A stretch of DNA of 64,000 bases. It comes from Prochlorococcus sp. AG-412-C21. Lineage in GTDB: Bacteria; Cyanobacteriota; Cyanobacteriia; PCC-6307; Cyanobiaceae. Location: contig QCKZ01000002.1 of assembly GCA_003214975.1 (NCBI GenBank), forward strand, positions 165 to 64,164. Reading direction: 5' to 3'. Below the pieces are notes generated by a model, which saw only the letters and a list, made by a program, of their open reading frames with translations, was not told the origin of the DNA and did no database searches. A program made the translations under genes and the position numbers. Positions within the stretch are counted from its first letter, which is position 1. The number at the start of each line of letters is the position of its first letter. Below, one piece after another: positions 1-11,138 of this stretch.

Positions 1-939
1 ATTACAACACCCCGAAATGAAGAAGACAAAATTGAAATATTAAGTGGACTAAAGGAAGGTTTAACACTTGGAACACCAATCGCGATGATGGTTAGAAACA
101 AGGATCAAAGACCAGGAGATTATGATAATTTGGAGCAAGTATTTAGGCCATCGCATGCAGATGGAACATATCATCTGAAATATGGAATTCAGGCTGGGTC
201 CGGTGGAGGAAGAGCCTCTGCAAGAGAAACAATCGGTAGAGTAGCTGCTGGTGCTATAGCAAAACAATTATTAAAAAACTTTTGTAATACTGAAATACTG
301 TCTTGGGTAAAGCGTATACATGATATTGATTCTGATATAAATAAAGAAAAGATTTCTCTCACTAAAATAGATTCCAATATGGTTAGATGTCCTGATGAAA
401 AGGTGTCAGCAGAAATGATCACCAGAATTAAGGAATTAAAGCGTCAAGGAGATTCTTGTGGAGGGGTTATTGAATGTCTAGTAAGAAATGTTCCGCCTGG
501 TCTAGGAATGCCAGTTTTTAATAAATTAGAAGCTGATTTAGCGAAAGCTTTGATGTCTTTACCTGCTACAAAAGGGTTTGAAATAGGTTCGGGTTTCTCT
601 GGAACTTATTTAAAAGGAAGCGAACATAATGATTCATTCATAAAGTCTGAAGATATTAGTAAGTTAAGAACAACATCTAACAATTCAGGAGGTATACAGG
701 GCGGAATAAGTAATGGTGAAAATATTGAGATGAAGATAGCTTTTAAACCTACAGCAACCATTGCTAAAGAACAGAAAACAGTAAATGCTGAAGGGAAAGA
801 AGTATTGATGAAGGCAAAAGGGAGACATGATCCATGTGTTCTACCTAGAGCAGTGCCAATGGTTGATGCTATGGTCGCTCTAGTACTGGCTGATCATTTG
901 CTTCTTAATCATGCTCAATGTGGATTAATTAATAATTAA
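1..939 (+). CDS. aroC: Chorismate synthase (5'-truncated by window edge)
   Basis: Frame is open from base 1 ([16 protein letters not shown]...GTPI); motifs [24 protein letters not shown]. Confidence 0.97.
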   Translation: MTTPRNEEDKIEILSGLKEGLTLGTPIAMMVRNKDQRPGDYDNLEQVFRPSHADGTYHLKYGIQAGSGGGRASARETIGRVAAGAIAKQLLKNFCNTEILSWVKRIHDIDSDINKEKISLTKIDSNMVRCPDEKVSAEMITRIKELKRQGDSCGGVIECLVRNVPPGLGMPVFNKLEADLAKALMSLPATKGFEIGSGFSGTYLKGSEHNDSFIKSEDISKLRTTSNNSGGIQGGISNGENIEMKIAFKPTATIAKEQKTVNAEGKEVLMKAKGRHDPCVLPRAVPMVDAMVALVLADHLLLNHAQCGLINN

Positions 940-973
940 TAGTTATGTTGGATAAATTATATTTATCATTGGT

Positions 974-1609
974 TTAATTATTTTTGTTATTTTTTAGCCA
1001 TTCATATATTTTTGGATCAAATTTTTGATTTTTGATACCTTTATCTCCAATTACAATTGATTTGTATCCTATAGACTTATAATTTTTTACATCATCGATT
1101 GATAGTCCTCCAGCAGCGATGAAATCAATATTTTTATAGTTAATTATATCGATCGAATTTTCTTTACTTTTTATTGGATAGACTTTGATAATTTTGCAAC
1201 TCAAATTAATAGCTTCCTCAAGCTCTTTTAAATTTTTAATACCAGGAATTAATAAATAATTTTTTGCCTTTGCATAACTGAAAAGATCTTTATCCCAGAA
1301 TTTCATCATTGAAAAATTTAAGCCAACTTTTAAAGAATCTTTTATTGATTGCTTATTAACTATTGAGGCAGAGCCTAAATTAATTCTTGGATATTTAATT
1401 TTGATATCGGATACAAAATCTAACCAATTTTCATTGTTAGACCAACTTATCTCAACATTTTTTAATCCTAATTTTACTAAGCTTTCTAATTCTTCAAATA
1501 ATGAATTCCTTATTGAGGTATTTATGTAAATATTATCTTGAGGTTTAATGAGTAAGAAAAAAGATCCTTTTTTCAGTATCTCCGAAAAAGAATCTTTTTT
1601 CTTATTCAT
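974..1609 (-). CDS. KDPG/KHG aldolase-like protein (divergent)
   Basis: Aldolase-like pattern VEISW, LGSASI, IKVYP (Schiff-base Lys position), AAGGL. Confidence 0.7.
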   Translation of the reverse strand: MNKKKDSFSEILKKGSFFLLIKPQDNIYINTSIRNSLFEELESLVKLGLKNVEISWSNNENWLDFVSDIKIKYPRINLGSASIVNKQSIKDSLKVGLNFSMMKFWDKDLFSYAKAKNYLLIPGIKNLKELEEAINLSCKIIKVYPIKSKENSIDIINYKNIDFIAAGGLSIDDVKNYKSIGYKSIVIGDKGIKNQKFDPKIYEWLKNNKNN

Positions 1610-1627
1610 TAAAGTATTTATTTAAAA

Positions 1628-3481
1628 TTAAATATAACTTGCAACTCTCACTTCCGAGCGGTTCAATAAATCTTGAATATCTTCAGTATCTATTGTTTCT
1701 CTTTCGATAAGCATTTGAGCCATTTCATCAAGAACAGTTCTATTATCTGATAAAACTTTTGTAGCTCTCTTGTAAGCAATATCAACAAGCTCTGAAACCT
1801 CGACATCAATAGTTGCAGCTGTATCTTCAGAAAAATCTCGAGTAGAACTCATATCTCTTCCAAGAAACATTCCACCTTGAGATTGTCCTAATGCAACTGG
1901 ACCTATTTTGTCGCTCATGCCAAATTTAGTAATCATTTGTCTCGCTACATTAGCAACTTGCTGTAAATCATTTGATGCACCAGTAGTAACTTCTTCTTCT
2001 CCGTATACTATTTCTTCAGCAACTCTTCCACCTAGAGCTACAGCCATTTGATTTTGAAGGTAAGAACGGGAGTAAAGACCTGATTCCATTCTTTCTTCGC
2101 TAGGAGTAAAAAATGTTAGCCCTCCAGCTTGTCCTCTAGGAATGATTGAAACCTTAGCTACAGGGTCATAATCAGGCATTAATGCTCCTACAAGTGCATG
2201 ACCAGCTTCGTGATAAGCAACTAATTCTTTTTTCTTATCACTGATTACTCTATCTTTCTTTTCTGGACCAGCCATAACTCTTTCAATAGCATCTCCGACT
2301 TCATCATTACTTACTTTATCTAAATCTTTTCTTGCCGCTAATATTGCTGCTTCGTTTAATAGATTAGCTAAATCTGCTCCTGTAAATCCTGGTGTTCTTC
2401 GAGCAACTTTATCTAGATCAACATCTTTTGAAAGAGTTTTATCCTTCGCGTGAACATTTAATATTTGTAATCTTCCAGCGTAATCTGGTCTATCTACTGT
2501 TACTTGCCTGTCAAATCTTCCAGGACGCATTAATGCAGAATCTAATACATCAGGTCTATTAGTAGCAGCCACTATTATAATTCCAGAATTTCCTTCAAAT
2601 CCATCCATTTCGGTAAGAAGTTGGTTTAAAGTTTGTTCTCTTTCATCATTTCCTCCTCCCATTCCTGCACCTCTTTGTCTCCCAACTGCATCTATTTCGT
2701 CGATGAAAACAATGCAAGGAGCGTTCTTTTTCGCTTGTTCAAAAAGATCTCTAACTCTGCTAGCACCAACTCCTACAAACATCTCAACAAATTCTGAGCC
2801 TGATATGGAGAAAAAAGGCACAGCTGCTTCTCCTGCCACTGCTTTAGCTAATAAAGTTTTTCCTGTACCAGGAGGGCCAACAAGAAGTACACCTTTTGGG
2901 ATTTTTGCTCCGACTGCTGTAAATCTATCTGGGCTCTTAAGAAAATCTACAACTTCAGTTAATTCTAATTTCGCACCTTCAACTCCTGCTACATCTGTGA
3001 AAGTTACCTGTGTGGATGGTTCCATTTGAAGTCTTGCTTTGCTCTTTCCAAAACTCATAGCAGGGTTACCTCCACCGGCATTGCCGCTTTGTGATCTTCT
3101 GAAAAGAAAAAATAATCCTCCAATCAAGAGTACTGGGAAAATTAAACTACTCAAAGCTTGTTGCCATGGATTAGCTAATTTTGTAGGAGTTACAGCTATA
3201 TCAACATTATTCTCAGTTAGGATTTTTAATAAATCTTTATCAGGGGCTAAATTCACCTCCGACCTACTTCCATCATTTTCTACAACTTGAGCAGTCGCAT
3301 TGTCTGGAGAAATTAAGACTCTACTAATTTCTTTATCTTGAACTGCCTCTATAAAATCACTATATCTCAAGGTCTTTGTAGCATTATCTGTACTAGGGTT
3401 ATCAAAAACGGAAGTACCTATGAAAATGACAGTAATAACAGCTAGGACATAAAGCCCTACGTTTCTCCAACGTTTGTTCAC
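1628..3481 (-). CDS. ftsH: ATP-dependent zinc metalloprotease FtsH
   Basis: Two TM segments, Walker [20 protein letters not shown] zinc motif. Confidence 0.98.
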   Translation of the reverse strand: MNKRWRNVGLYVLAVITVIFIGTSVFDNPSTDNATKTLRYSDFIEAVQDKEISRVLISPDNATAQVVENDGSRSEVNLAPDKDLLKILTENNVDIAVTPTKLANPWQQALSSLIFPVLLIGGLFFLFRRSQSGNAGGGNPAMSFGKSKARLQMEPSTQVTFTDVAGVEGAKLELTEVVDFLKSPDRFTAVGAKIPKGVLLVGPPGTGKTLLAKAVAGEAAVPFFSISGSEFVEMFVGVGASRVRDLFEQAKKNAPCIVFIDEIDAVGRQRGAGMGGGNDEREQTLNQLLTEMDGFEGNSGIIIVAATNRPDVLDSALMRPGRFDRQVTVDRPDYAGRLQILNVHAKDKTLSKDVDLDKVARRTPGFTGADLANLLNEAAILAARKDLDKVSNDEVGDAIERVMAGPEKKDRVISDKKKELVAYHEAGHALVGALMPDYDPVAKVSIIPRGQAGGLTFFTPSEERMESGLYSRSYLQNQMAVALGGRVAEEIVYGEEEVTTGASNDLQQVANVARQMITKFGMSDKIGPVALGQSQGGMFLGRDMSSTRDFSEDTAATIDVEVSELVDIAYKRATKVLSDNRTVLDEMAQMLIERETIDTEDIQDLLNRSEVRVASYI

Positions 3482-3527
3482 GATAAATAATCTTTAGTAA
3501 ATCTATAATACTAATAATAAAACAATA

Positions 3528-4703
3528 TTAAGACCTTCTTAGAACATCTACTACACTTTTGAATGCAAACCATTCTGGAATAGGTTCGCCATTCCTTAAT
3601 TTTTTTCTAAATTCTGTACCACTAAGCTTCATAATTTGATAATTAAATTCTTTAGCCTCTTCAGCTGTGATATATCCTTTTTCCTTCGTGTAAACTAAAT
3701 TTTTTGAAGGAACAGTTTGCATCATCAACTCGCCTGCACATTTATTCGCAAAATTCTGGGCATCATAGGGACCATAAAAATCTTCACCAGTTGATGATGA
3801 TTTACAACCAGCCATATCCCTACCAATAATAAAATGTGTGCATCCATAGTTCCTTCTAATAATCATATGTTGAAGAGCTTCTCTTGGCCCTGCCATATGC
3901 ATTGAATAAGGTAAAAATGCCCATCTTATTCTTTCATCAGATATTTCTTCTTCCAATTCTTTGTATGTCAAATATCTAACTTTTCCTGGAATATCATCTT
4001 GTTGTGTTGGCCCACAAGTTGGATGTACTAAAACAACTGAATTAGGAGAGACATTATCTGAAAGTAAGGCATTAGTAAATAATTCATAATGTGCTCTATG
4101 AATTGGATTTCTGCATTGAAATGCAACTACATCAGAATTTGATGGCAGTGAAGCTCTAACTTCTTCAGGAGTATTACAGGGAAATTCTCTAATTGGTAGT
4201 TCGAAACCATAAACTCTCCCTCCTATATAAAATCTTCCTCTCTCATTAAAGATCATCTTAACCGCAGGATGATCTAAAGAATTAGTTCCATAACAAAGTT
4301 CAGCTTCTAAGGATTTATCAGGCTCCCATTTAGAACTAACTTCTAAAACTGCTATTTTTTGTTTTTTATAGGTAAGCAAGATTGTTTCTCCAGCTTTTAC
4401 TCCTTCATTATTTGAATCAAATACAATCGGTAAGCCAAAAAGTAAACCGCTTGTATCTCTATTATTTTTAATTACCGATTTGTAGTTATTTTCATCCATA
4501 AAACCTTCCAATGGAGAAAAAGCTCCAACCATCAAAAGTTCTACATCGCATGCATTTCTCTCGCTGCATTCAAACACATAATTAACTTTAGAAATAAGAT
4601 CATTTTTAAGGTTTTTATCTTTGATAATTAAATTTTTTAGTTCCCCTCCATAAGGCTGTATTAATCCATTAGGGTCTGTTTTTGTTTTTTGTTGTAATTC
4701 CAT
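3528..4703 (-). CDS. sat: Sulfate adenylyltransferase (ATP sulfurylase)
   Basis: FQCRNPIHRAH, MAGPREA, FIIGRDMAG motifs. Confidence 0.96.
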   Translation of the reverse strand: MELQQKTKTDPNGLIQPYGGELKNLIIKDKNLKNDLISKVNYVFECSERNACDVELLMVGAFSPLEGFMDENNYKSVIKNNRDTSGLLFGLPIVFDSNNEGVKAGETILLTYKKQKIAVLEVSSKWEPDKSLEAELCYGTNSLDHPAVKMIFNERGRFYIGGRVYGFELPIREFPCNTPEEVRASLPSNSDVVAFQCRNPIHRAHYELFTNALLSDNVSPNSVVLVHPTCGPTQQDDIPGKVRYLTYKELEEEISDERIRWAFLPYSMHMAGPREALQHMIIRRNYGCTHFIIGRDMAGCKSSSTGEDFYGPYDAQNFANKCAGELMMQTVPSKNLVYTKEKGYITAEEAKEFNYQIMKLSGTEFRKKLRNGEPIPEWFAFKSVVDVLRRS

Positions 4704-4730
4704 TTTTTAAATTGATAAAGAAAAATTTTG

Positions 4731-4760
4731 AAAAAAAAAAGAGGGGTTAACCCCCCTTTT
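4731..4760 (-). terminator. Intrinsic terminator after psbO
   Basis: Minus strand reads GGGGGG-TTAA-CCCCTC followed by T10, just 3' of the psbO stop. Confidence 0.8.
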
Positions 4761-4776
4761 ATTTCTTAATTAGGAT

Positions 4777-5571
4777 TCATGCCTTTTTTCCGTATAGTTC
4801 TCCGATTATTTTTACATCAAGTGGATCTTTTGAACCCATATCTGTATCAGAAGGTTGGATAGCTTCAAAAGTACCAGCAAATTCGTCTGTGTCAGAATCT
4901 ACATTATTGATTGAAAGAGTAATAACTCCAGTACCATTTACATCAACTTTAATATTTTCTTTAGCAAGTTCTTCATCATCGCCTCCTAATGCTACTAAAC
5001 CTTGAGCATATTCAACTCCAGTATTTTTTGCTCTTGCTTTAGGATCTAAAAAATCACCAGTTCTATAGTTAGGTGTAAATGTTGAACCACTAACTTGAGT
5101 GCCTGGCTCAATGGATGATGGTAACTTAGCTGTAAGGTCTTTTGCTGAAAATGCAAATGGCACTTCTAAGCCACCAGGAGTTAAGACAGTAATAAGTTGA
5201 AAATCAATTCCACCTTTTTCGGTGAAAGTTCCTGAGTCTATATCTCCATAAACTTCTGTCACTGTTGTATTATTTCTGGGACTAATAATTTTTGTAGAAA
5301 CAAATTCTGCAGCTTTTCTTTTGGTTCCTGGCACTTTTACATAAACTTCAGTTGGATGCATGCATATTCCTTTAAGGCTATCTCCATTCCCTAAGGATAT
5401 GGAGCCGGTGAGAGATGAGTCTAATGTAGGACAATCATTAGCTTTTCCTGTATTAACAACATCTGTAAATTGTGCATTTCCTCTTTCAGCAAAAGCAAAT
5501 GTTTTAACGGGTACGAAAGCAAAAGTTATACAAATTGAAATAACAAAAGCTAAGAAAGAACGAATTCTCAT
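4777..5571 (-). CDS. psbO: Photosystem II manganese-stabilizing protein
   Basis: Signal peptide, NTGKANDCP, GGIDFQ, PNYRTGDFLDPKAR, SDTDMG. Confidence 0.96.
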   Translation of the reverse strand: MRIRSFLAFVISICITFAFVPVKTFAFAERGNAQFTDVVNTGKANDCPTLDSSLTGSISLGNGDSLKGICMHPTEVYVKVPGTKRKAAEFVSTKIISPRNNTTVTEVYGDIDSGTFTEKGGIDFQLITVLTPGGLEVPFAFSAKDLTAKLPSSIEPGTQVSGSTFTPNYRTGDFLDPKARAKNTGVEYAQGLVALGGDDEELAKENIKVDVNGTGVITLSINNVDSDTDEFAGTFEAIQPSDTDMGSKDPLDVKIIGELYGKKA

Positions 5572-5787
5572 AATTTAAAGTAGCAGTAAAGTTCTGTGAG
5601 GAATGATAAAGGGTCAACTAAAAGTTCAGTACGGATATTACTAGGGAAAGGACCATAAAAGTTAATACTCTTAAATCCTTGAAACAACCCGTAGCTTTTT
5701 AGATGTTTAAAAACTGGAATTATTGTAAGCTATCACATTATTTTTAATGATTAAGATTACAAAAAAATACAAATTAAAAAATCTTTT

Positions 5788-7044
5788 TTATTTTTTTACT
5801 GAAATAATCTGAGTTATTAATTTATTTGCTAAATCTATTTTTGATGTTTTTTTTATATAGTGTTCCATATTTGTTGTATCGAATAGCCAACCTTCATTTT
5901 GTGCTAAAACCCCAAATCCCTGTCCTAAAATATCAATTGGATTTGCGAATAGATAATCACAACCTTTTTGAATAATCTTTTCCTTTATTGTGATTCTTGC
6001 GTCTTCAATAGATCCAGTAAAAGCACAAAAGCCCACAAAAACTTGATTTTCTTTTTTTGATTCACTAATTGTTTTTAAAATATCTGGGACTAGCTCAAAA
6101 TTTTTATTTAAATGATCATTAATTTTATTTTTGGGAATCTTAGCTGAAGTATCAGAAGTTATCTTAAAATCAGATACTGCAGCATTCATGAAAAAATAAT
6201 CACAAGTTGAAATTTCATTCTTAATCTTCCTAATTAAATCAACACTAGTCTCAATTTCATATCTTTTTATTCCATCAGTAAGATCTTTATCGATTTTCAG
6301 AGGCCCATGGACATATTTTACTTGAGCTCCTCTGAACCTTGCTACTTGAGAAAGCAGTAAGCCCATAGCTCCAGAACTTTGGTTAGTAATATGTCTTGCC
6401 GCGTCAATTTTTTCTGAGGTGCAACCTCCAGTTATTAAAATTTTTTTATTAAGTAAATCTTTGCGATAAGCATTTTGATTGTGTGAAATTATAAATTCAA
6501 TAGCTAATTGAATTAGATCATTAGGGGCTATCTTCCCGATTCCAATCGCATCACATGCCAAGAGACCTTCACTTGGGTGCAAAGATAAAACATTTTTGTA
6601 ATTCTGTAAATTCTCATAATTTCTTTGGACAGCTTTATTTAGCCACATTTGTGTATTCATTGCTGGCGCAACAATAATTGGCTTAATGTTGGCCATTAAA
6701 ATGCTTGGAATTAATCCATCTGCATTTCCAGTTACCCATTTTGATAATGTTGTCGCTGTTAAAGGCGCAATGATTAAAATATCAGCCCAATTGCATAGTT
6801 CTATATGAAGAGGTGTTGATTGAATATTTGACCATTGATCATTTTCTAAAATGCAAGGGTTTCTACTTAAGATAGAAAGAGAAAGCGGCTTTATTAATTT
6901 TTCTGCAGTTTTAGATAATACGCACTTTATTTCATAATTTTCTTTCGCTAATTGGCTAACTAATAATGGAATTCTTACAGCTGCAATACTCCCTGTTATT
7001 AATAAAAGAACCTTTATTTTGGAGTTTCTATTATTAGTTTTCAT
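5788..7044 (-). CDS. coaBC: Bifunctional phosphopantothenoylcysteine decarboxylase/ligase
   Basis: ITGSIAA, APAMN, ITNQSSGAMG, AAVSDF; ATG at 7044 preferred over the upstream TTG. Confidence 0.93.
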   Translation of the reverse strand: MKTNNRNSKIKVLLLITGSIAAVRIPLLVSQLAKENYEIKCVLSKTAEKLIKPLSLSILSRNPCILENDQWSNIQSTPLHIELCNWADILIIAPLTATTLSKWVTGNADGLIPSILMANIKPIIVAPAMNTQMWLNKAVQRNYENLQNYKNVLSLHPSEGLLACDAIGIGKIAPNDLIQLAIEFIISHNQNAYRKDLLNKKILITGGCTSEKIDAARHITNQSSGAMGLLLSQVARFRGAQVKYVHGPLKIDKDLTDGIKRYEIETSVDLIRKIKNEISTCDYFFMNAAVSDFKITSDTSAKIPKNKINDHLNKNFELVPDILKTISESKKENQVFVGFCAFTGSIEDARITIKEKIIQKGCDYLFANPIDILGQGFGVLAQNEGWLFDTTNMEHYIKKTSKIDLANKLITQIISVKK

Positions 7045-7255
7045 CGAAAGGTTCCTGATCAAGTAGATGGATATAATTAGATGTTAATTCAGGTCTATTG
7101 ATCGCAAGGGCTCTAAGTAGATGCCAGTCTTTTAAACCATCAAATGGTGTCGTGTAATTATCTTCTTCCAGCCTTTTTGCGAGCTCAAGGGTCATTTTTT
7201 CATCAAAAGAATTTACTAGTTTCTCACTTATTTTATTTTCAGAAATAAATTCCAT
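7034..7255 (-). CDS. Conserved cyanobacterial protein (DUF2555-like)
   Basis: LAKRLEEDNY..PFDGLKDWHLLRA motif; overlaps the coaBC start. Confidence 0.8.
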   Translation of the reverse strand: MEFISENKISEKLVNSFDEKMTLELAKRLEEDNYTTPFDGLKDWHLLRALAINRPELTSNYIHLLDQEPFDEN

Positions 7256-7472
7256 ATTGAATTAAGCCGATATATTCTAATAATAAAGCCTCAAGTAATT
7301 ATTTAAAATTGATGATAGTTTTAAGTATATATTTTTAAAATTTGAAAATTTTCTAAAACCATTATTTTTTGAGGAGTTATTAGGTAATTTATCTTCATTC
7401 TCAATCATATATATGCAAAATCTCTTTATGAAAAATATTATTTCTTAAAATAAATTCTTTTGAGGTTAAATC

Positions 7473-7673
7473 ATGTCAAAAAACAAGAGAGAGCAAGTTA
7501 TTAGTCACTTATCTTATTTAAGGCAAGAACTAAGAGAAATGCATTTAGGTATTAAAGAAGATGATCTTTTCCCTGAACCAGGGGAAATAAGAGGATTAAT
7601 GGCTCAGTTTGAGGCTTTACTTGAATTAGTAGAAGGAAACACTAGAATTCAATCAAATTCTGAAGCTGCTTAG
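7473..7673 (+). CDS. Small helical hypothetical protein
   Basis: 66 aa, GAGG upstream of ATG, amphipathic heptad pattern. Confidence 0.75.
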   Translation: MSKNKREQVISHLSYLRQELREMHLGIKEDDLFPEPGEIRGLMAQFEALLELVEGNTRIQSNSEAA

Positions 7674-7684
7674 TTAAAAGTAAG

Positions 7685-8026
7685 ATGGTTTTTAGACCTC
7701 AAAAGACAAATTTTCAACTAAAGATTGTAGAAAATATTCAAACACTAAGTATATGGGCTAATAATCCATGGAGAAGATATTCAATATCTCTAATTATCCT
7801 TTTAATTGGTTATTTTCTAGGAAGTTCTCTTGGTATGGTAAGTGCCGTTGTGGAACTTATGGATCCGGTAGCTGCTTTATTATCGGTTTTTTTTATTGAA
7901 ATTTTGATTGTTCTTAGAAGAAATTTTCGATTTAAAAGGAAAAAGAAATTTTTAGTCCTTTTATTAGATTCTTTAAGACTAGGATTATTTTATGGCTTCT
8001 TTACTGAAAGTCTTAAATTACTTTGA
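7685..8026 (+). CDS. DUF565/Ycf20-like membrane protein
   Basis: NPWRR motif, hydrophobic helices, C-terminal GLFYGFFTESLKL. Confidence 0.8.
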   Translation: MVFRPQKTNFQLKIVENIQTLSIWANNPWRRYSISLIILLIGYFLGSSLGMVSAVVELMDPVAALLSVFFIEILIVLRRNFRFKRKKKFLVLLLDSLRLGLFYGFFTESLKLL

Positions 8027-8028
8027 AT

Positions 8029-9045
8029 TTATTTGTTGTATTTCTGTAATAGGTAAAGTAAAGCCATTCTTATTGGAATACCATTTGCAACTTGATTATT
8101 GATTAAGCAATTAGGATATTCATCTACTATTTTACTACTGATTTCAATACCTCTATTAATAGGACCAGGATGAAGAATTGGAATTTCTTTACTATTTAAA
8201 CATAACTTATCTGTTGTTAAGCCATAATCCAAACTATATGAATCAATGCTGCTTAGTAAATTCTCCATCATTCTCTCTTTCTGGAGTCTTAAAACAATAA
8301 TTGCATCTGCAATTTTTATTGATTCTTCTAATGATCTAGAAATTGTTATGGAGCCTCTTGATTTAACAGGATCTTTTATTTCATTTGGAGCTGGAGTTTT
8401 TAAAAAATTGTTAAATTCATCAGGTATTAATGTTTTAGGACCACATAAGATTATTTCTGCGCCAAATGCACTCAAAGCCCAAAGATTTGATCTTGCAACC
8501 CTTGAATGATTAACATCTCCAATAATTAAAATTTTTTTTGAATTTAAAACCATTGGATTAAGTGATTCTTTGGAAAAGAATTTTATTAATGTATAAATGT
8601 CCAGTAATCCTTGACTGGGGTGACTATGTAATCCATCTCCTGCATTAAGAACAGAAGTCTTGGAATTTAGTGCATCAAGTTTTTTAGCGATTTCAAAGGT
8701 TATGTAACTCGATGAATGTCTAATAACTAATGTATCTGCACCCATCGCAGAATAAGTTATCGCTGTATCAATAATTGTTTCACCTTTCGTTAAAGAACTA
8801 GATGATGGAGCAAAGGTTTGTACATCCGCAGAAAGCCTTTTCGCTGCAAGTTCAAAGCTATTTTTTGTCCTTGTACTAGCCTCAAAAAACAAAGACGTTA
8901 CCAACGTCCCTTGTAAGGCCGGTATCTTTTTTGTGCCTGCATTTTTTAGGGCATCAAATCTATTGGCCAATTCAAATACTGATTTGTAATCTTCAATTGA
9001 AAAATTAGCTAGTGTATGAATATGTTTATGAGGCCAAATTTGCAT
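8029..9045 (-). CDS. pyrB: Aspartate carbamoyltransferase catalytic subunit
   Basis: [20 protein letters not shown] motifs. Confidence 0.97.
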   Translation of the reverse strand: MQIWPHKHIHTLANFSIEDYKSVFELANRFDALKNAGTKKIPALQGTLVTSLFFEASTRTKNSFELAAKRLSADVQTFAPSSSSLTKGETIIDTAITYSAMGADTLVIRHSSSYITFEIAKKLDALNSKTSVLNAGDGLHSHPSQGLLDIYTLIKFFSKESLNPMVLNSKKILIIGDVNHSRVARSNLWALSAFGAEIILCGPKTLIPDEFNNFLKTPAPNEIKDPVKSRGSITISRSLEESIKIADAIIVLRLQKERMMENLLSSIDSYSLDYGLTTDKLCLNSKEIPILHPGPINRGIEISSKIVDEYPNCLINNQVANGIPIRMALLYLLQKYNK

Positions 9046-9066
9046 TACGCTTAAAAAGATAATTGA

Positions 9067-9651
9067 TTATTTGAATTTAGGTGTTCTGTCACCGGTTACT
9101 CTTTTACTTACACTTCGAGTATTTTTTAGATACCAACGCCATTTTATATTTTTTGCCTTGGATATGCCAATTCTTGTAGTTTGAATAAGATCTTTTTGTT
9201 CTAGAATTAAGTCTCTTTGAGAAATCCATAAGAAATTATTATTCAGAACTTCAAGTGAGTTTAATGATATGTCTATACCAAATGTCTTAGTAACTAGACC
9301 TGGTCCAGAAGCTAATCTCTCATTCTTTTGAGGGATAGAAACTGCCCTGATTAATACACCACTCGCAAAATTTTCTTTATCAGTAACTATATTTAAACAA
9401 TGATGAATGCCATACGATTTGTAAATATAAAATGTTCCGGGTTTTCCAAATAATGATTTATTTGATTGAGTCATTTTGTTGAAGCCATGACAGGCCTCCT
9501 CTTCCTGTGAATAAGCTTCAGTTTCAACAATAAGCCCCTTAATTTGATCTTTCTCATTATTCTTTTTTATGAGGTAACAACCTATTAAATCTGGTGCAAC
9601 AAGTTTAGAGTGCCGATAAAAAAAATTTTTTGGAAATAAGTTTTTTTCTAT
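9067..9651 (-). CDS. mpg: DNA-3-methyladenine glycosylase (MPG/AAG family); start uncertain
   Basis: Frame extends 59 codons upstream of the ORF-track ATG and includes VAPDLIG and IVETEAY; also YIYKSYGIHHCLN, VLIRA, TTRIGI. Confidence 0.85.
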   Translation of the reverse strand: MEKNLFPKNFFYRHSKLVAPDLIGCYLIKKNNEKDQIKGLIVETEAYSQEEEACHGFNKMTQSNKSLFGKPGTFYIYKSYGIHHCLNIVTDKENFASGVLIRAVSIPQKNERLASGPGLVTKTFGIDISLNSLEVLNNNFLWISQRDLILEQKDLIQTTRIGISKAKNIKWRWYLKNTRSVSKRVTGDRTPKFK

Positions 9652-9823
9652 TTTTCAATATTTATCTAATATTATTTTTAGCCGAGAAAGATACTTAAGG
9701 CTATTAATTGAAATTGATTTTCAAAAAGATGTGATTATTAGTTTTTTTTATTGGAAATTTAAAGGATATATAAATAAAATGTTCTGGATACACTATTATT
9801 TAATAAATAAGAATATTTTAAGT

Positions 9824-10117
9824 ATGACAAAAATCACTAAAGAGGAGGTAAAAAAAGTTGCCCACTTAGCGAGATTGGAACTGAACGAGGATGAAATTAA
9901 TAATCATGCAGAACAATTAGAAAAAATATTGGAATATATTAAACAACTTGAAAAAATTGATACAGATGATGTGCCTTGTAAAACAAGAGCTATTGAGGTT
10001 ATTAATGTCTTTAGAAAAGACGAAAAGAAAAATTCTGATTGCACAGAAGAGCTTTTAAAATTGGGTCCATCTAAAGAAGATAAATACTTTAAAGTACCCA
10101 AAATTATTAATGAATGA
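9824..10117 (+). CDS. gatC: Asp-tRNA(Asn)/Glu-tRNA(Gln) amidotransferase subunit C
   Basis: MTKITKEEVKKVAHLARL ... YFKVPKI; ATG at 9824. Confidence 0.95.
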   Translation: MTKITKEEVKKVAHLARLELNEDEINNHAEQLEKILEYIKQLEKIDTDDVPCKTRAIEVINVFRKDEKKNSDCTEELLKLGPSKEDKYFKVPKIINE

Positions 10118-10118
10118 T

Positions 10119-11138
10119 TTAGTTGCTTCCAATAAAAGTTTTATTAACTATCTTTAATAAAACTTTTTTTATTTTATAGCCTGGATACAAATTTATAATT
10201 TTTCTTATCTTTCCCCTCCTTTTGCTATGACTTCTTACACCTATTAATAAATCATAAATAAAGTTAAAAATGTCTTCTCTACTTTCAAAAATTCCAACTC
10301 TTTGAGGGGAGCCTTTCATATCCAATAAAGGTTTAGTTTTTTCATATGCTACTTTGTATTCAAACCAAGGAATCGAAGGCCAAAGATGATGAATGAGATG
10401 GTAATTCTGGCCCATTATTAATAAATTCATAAATTTGCTTGGATAAACTCGAGAATTTATCCATTTGTTTCTTGATCGAAAAGGTCTATGGGGCAGATAA
10501 TCAAAAAATATTCCTAAAGTAACTCCCACCATTAATGCTGGTCCGAACCATAGATTATAAACTAGATTCATGAAGTCAAACTTTATACCGGCAAAGATTA
10601 TGGTTATAAAGATTGATCTTTCAATTCCCCATTGAAGTAATTCATATTTTCGCCAAAGTTTTCTTTGAAAGAAAAATACTTCATGATAAAAAAATCTTGG
10701 AGCAATTAGCCAAATTGGACCAAAAGTACTGACGATATGATCTGGATCATTTTTTGGATGATTTACGTGAATATGATGTTGTAAATGTACTCTTGTAAAA
10801 ACTGGAAAACTAAATCCTAAAAGAATTGCTGAGCCATGACCCATTGCTTGATTTATCCAAGGAACTGGATGGGCCGCTTTATGACATGCATCATGAATGA
10901 CAGTACCTTCAATATGCAAAGCCAAAAAAGCAGTGGCTACAAGTAAAGGTAGAGGCCAAACACCTCTATACCATTGCCATATACTAAGAAAAGCGAGAAA
11001 ATAACCTCCAAAAAAAAGACCTAACGTTGGATTCCAAAAACTTGGCGGATCTACGTAATTTTTTATCTCCTTTTGCCAATTTAATGTTCTTGAAGAATTA
11101 GTTAATGTTGTTTTATTTTTATTGGTTAAGTTTGAAAT
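10119..11138 (-). CDS. crtR: Beta-carotene hydroxylase CrtR (fatty-acid desaturase family); start uncertain
   Basis: His boxes HDACH, HLQHH, HLIHH; frame is open upstream of 10925 through DPPSFWNPTLGLFFGGY to a stop at 11145-11147. Confidence 0.88.
   Translation of the reverse strand: MSNLTNKNKTTLTNSSRTLNWQKEIKNYVDPPSFWNPTLGLFFGGYFLAFLSIWQWYRGVWPLPLLVATAFLALHIEGTVIHDACHKAAHPVPWINQAMGHGSAILLGFSFPVFTRVHLQHHIHVNHPKNDPDHIVSTFGPIWLIAPRFFYHEVFFFQRKLWRKYELLQWGIERSIFITIIFAGIKFDFMNLVYNLWFGPALMVGVTLGIFFDYLPHRPFRSRNKWINSRVYPSKFMNLLIMGQNYHLIHHLWPSIPWFEYKVAYEKTKPLLDMKGSPQRVGIFESREDIFNFIYDLLIGVRSHSKRRGKIRKIINLYPGYKIKKVLLKIVNKTFIGSN

Noticed and set aside
2703-3290. Antisense ORFs inside ftsH, and similar shadows inside pyrB, cinA, murJ, amt1, tgt and others
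   Set aside because: Fully nested opposite well-supported genes, no motifs; expected from codon bias
9731-9823. N-terminal extensions in the ORF track for gatC (also fabI, degT, rdgB, coaBC, ntcA)
   Set aside because: Family homology begins at downstream ATGs; the extensions look like AT-rich intergenic or overlapping sequence
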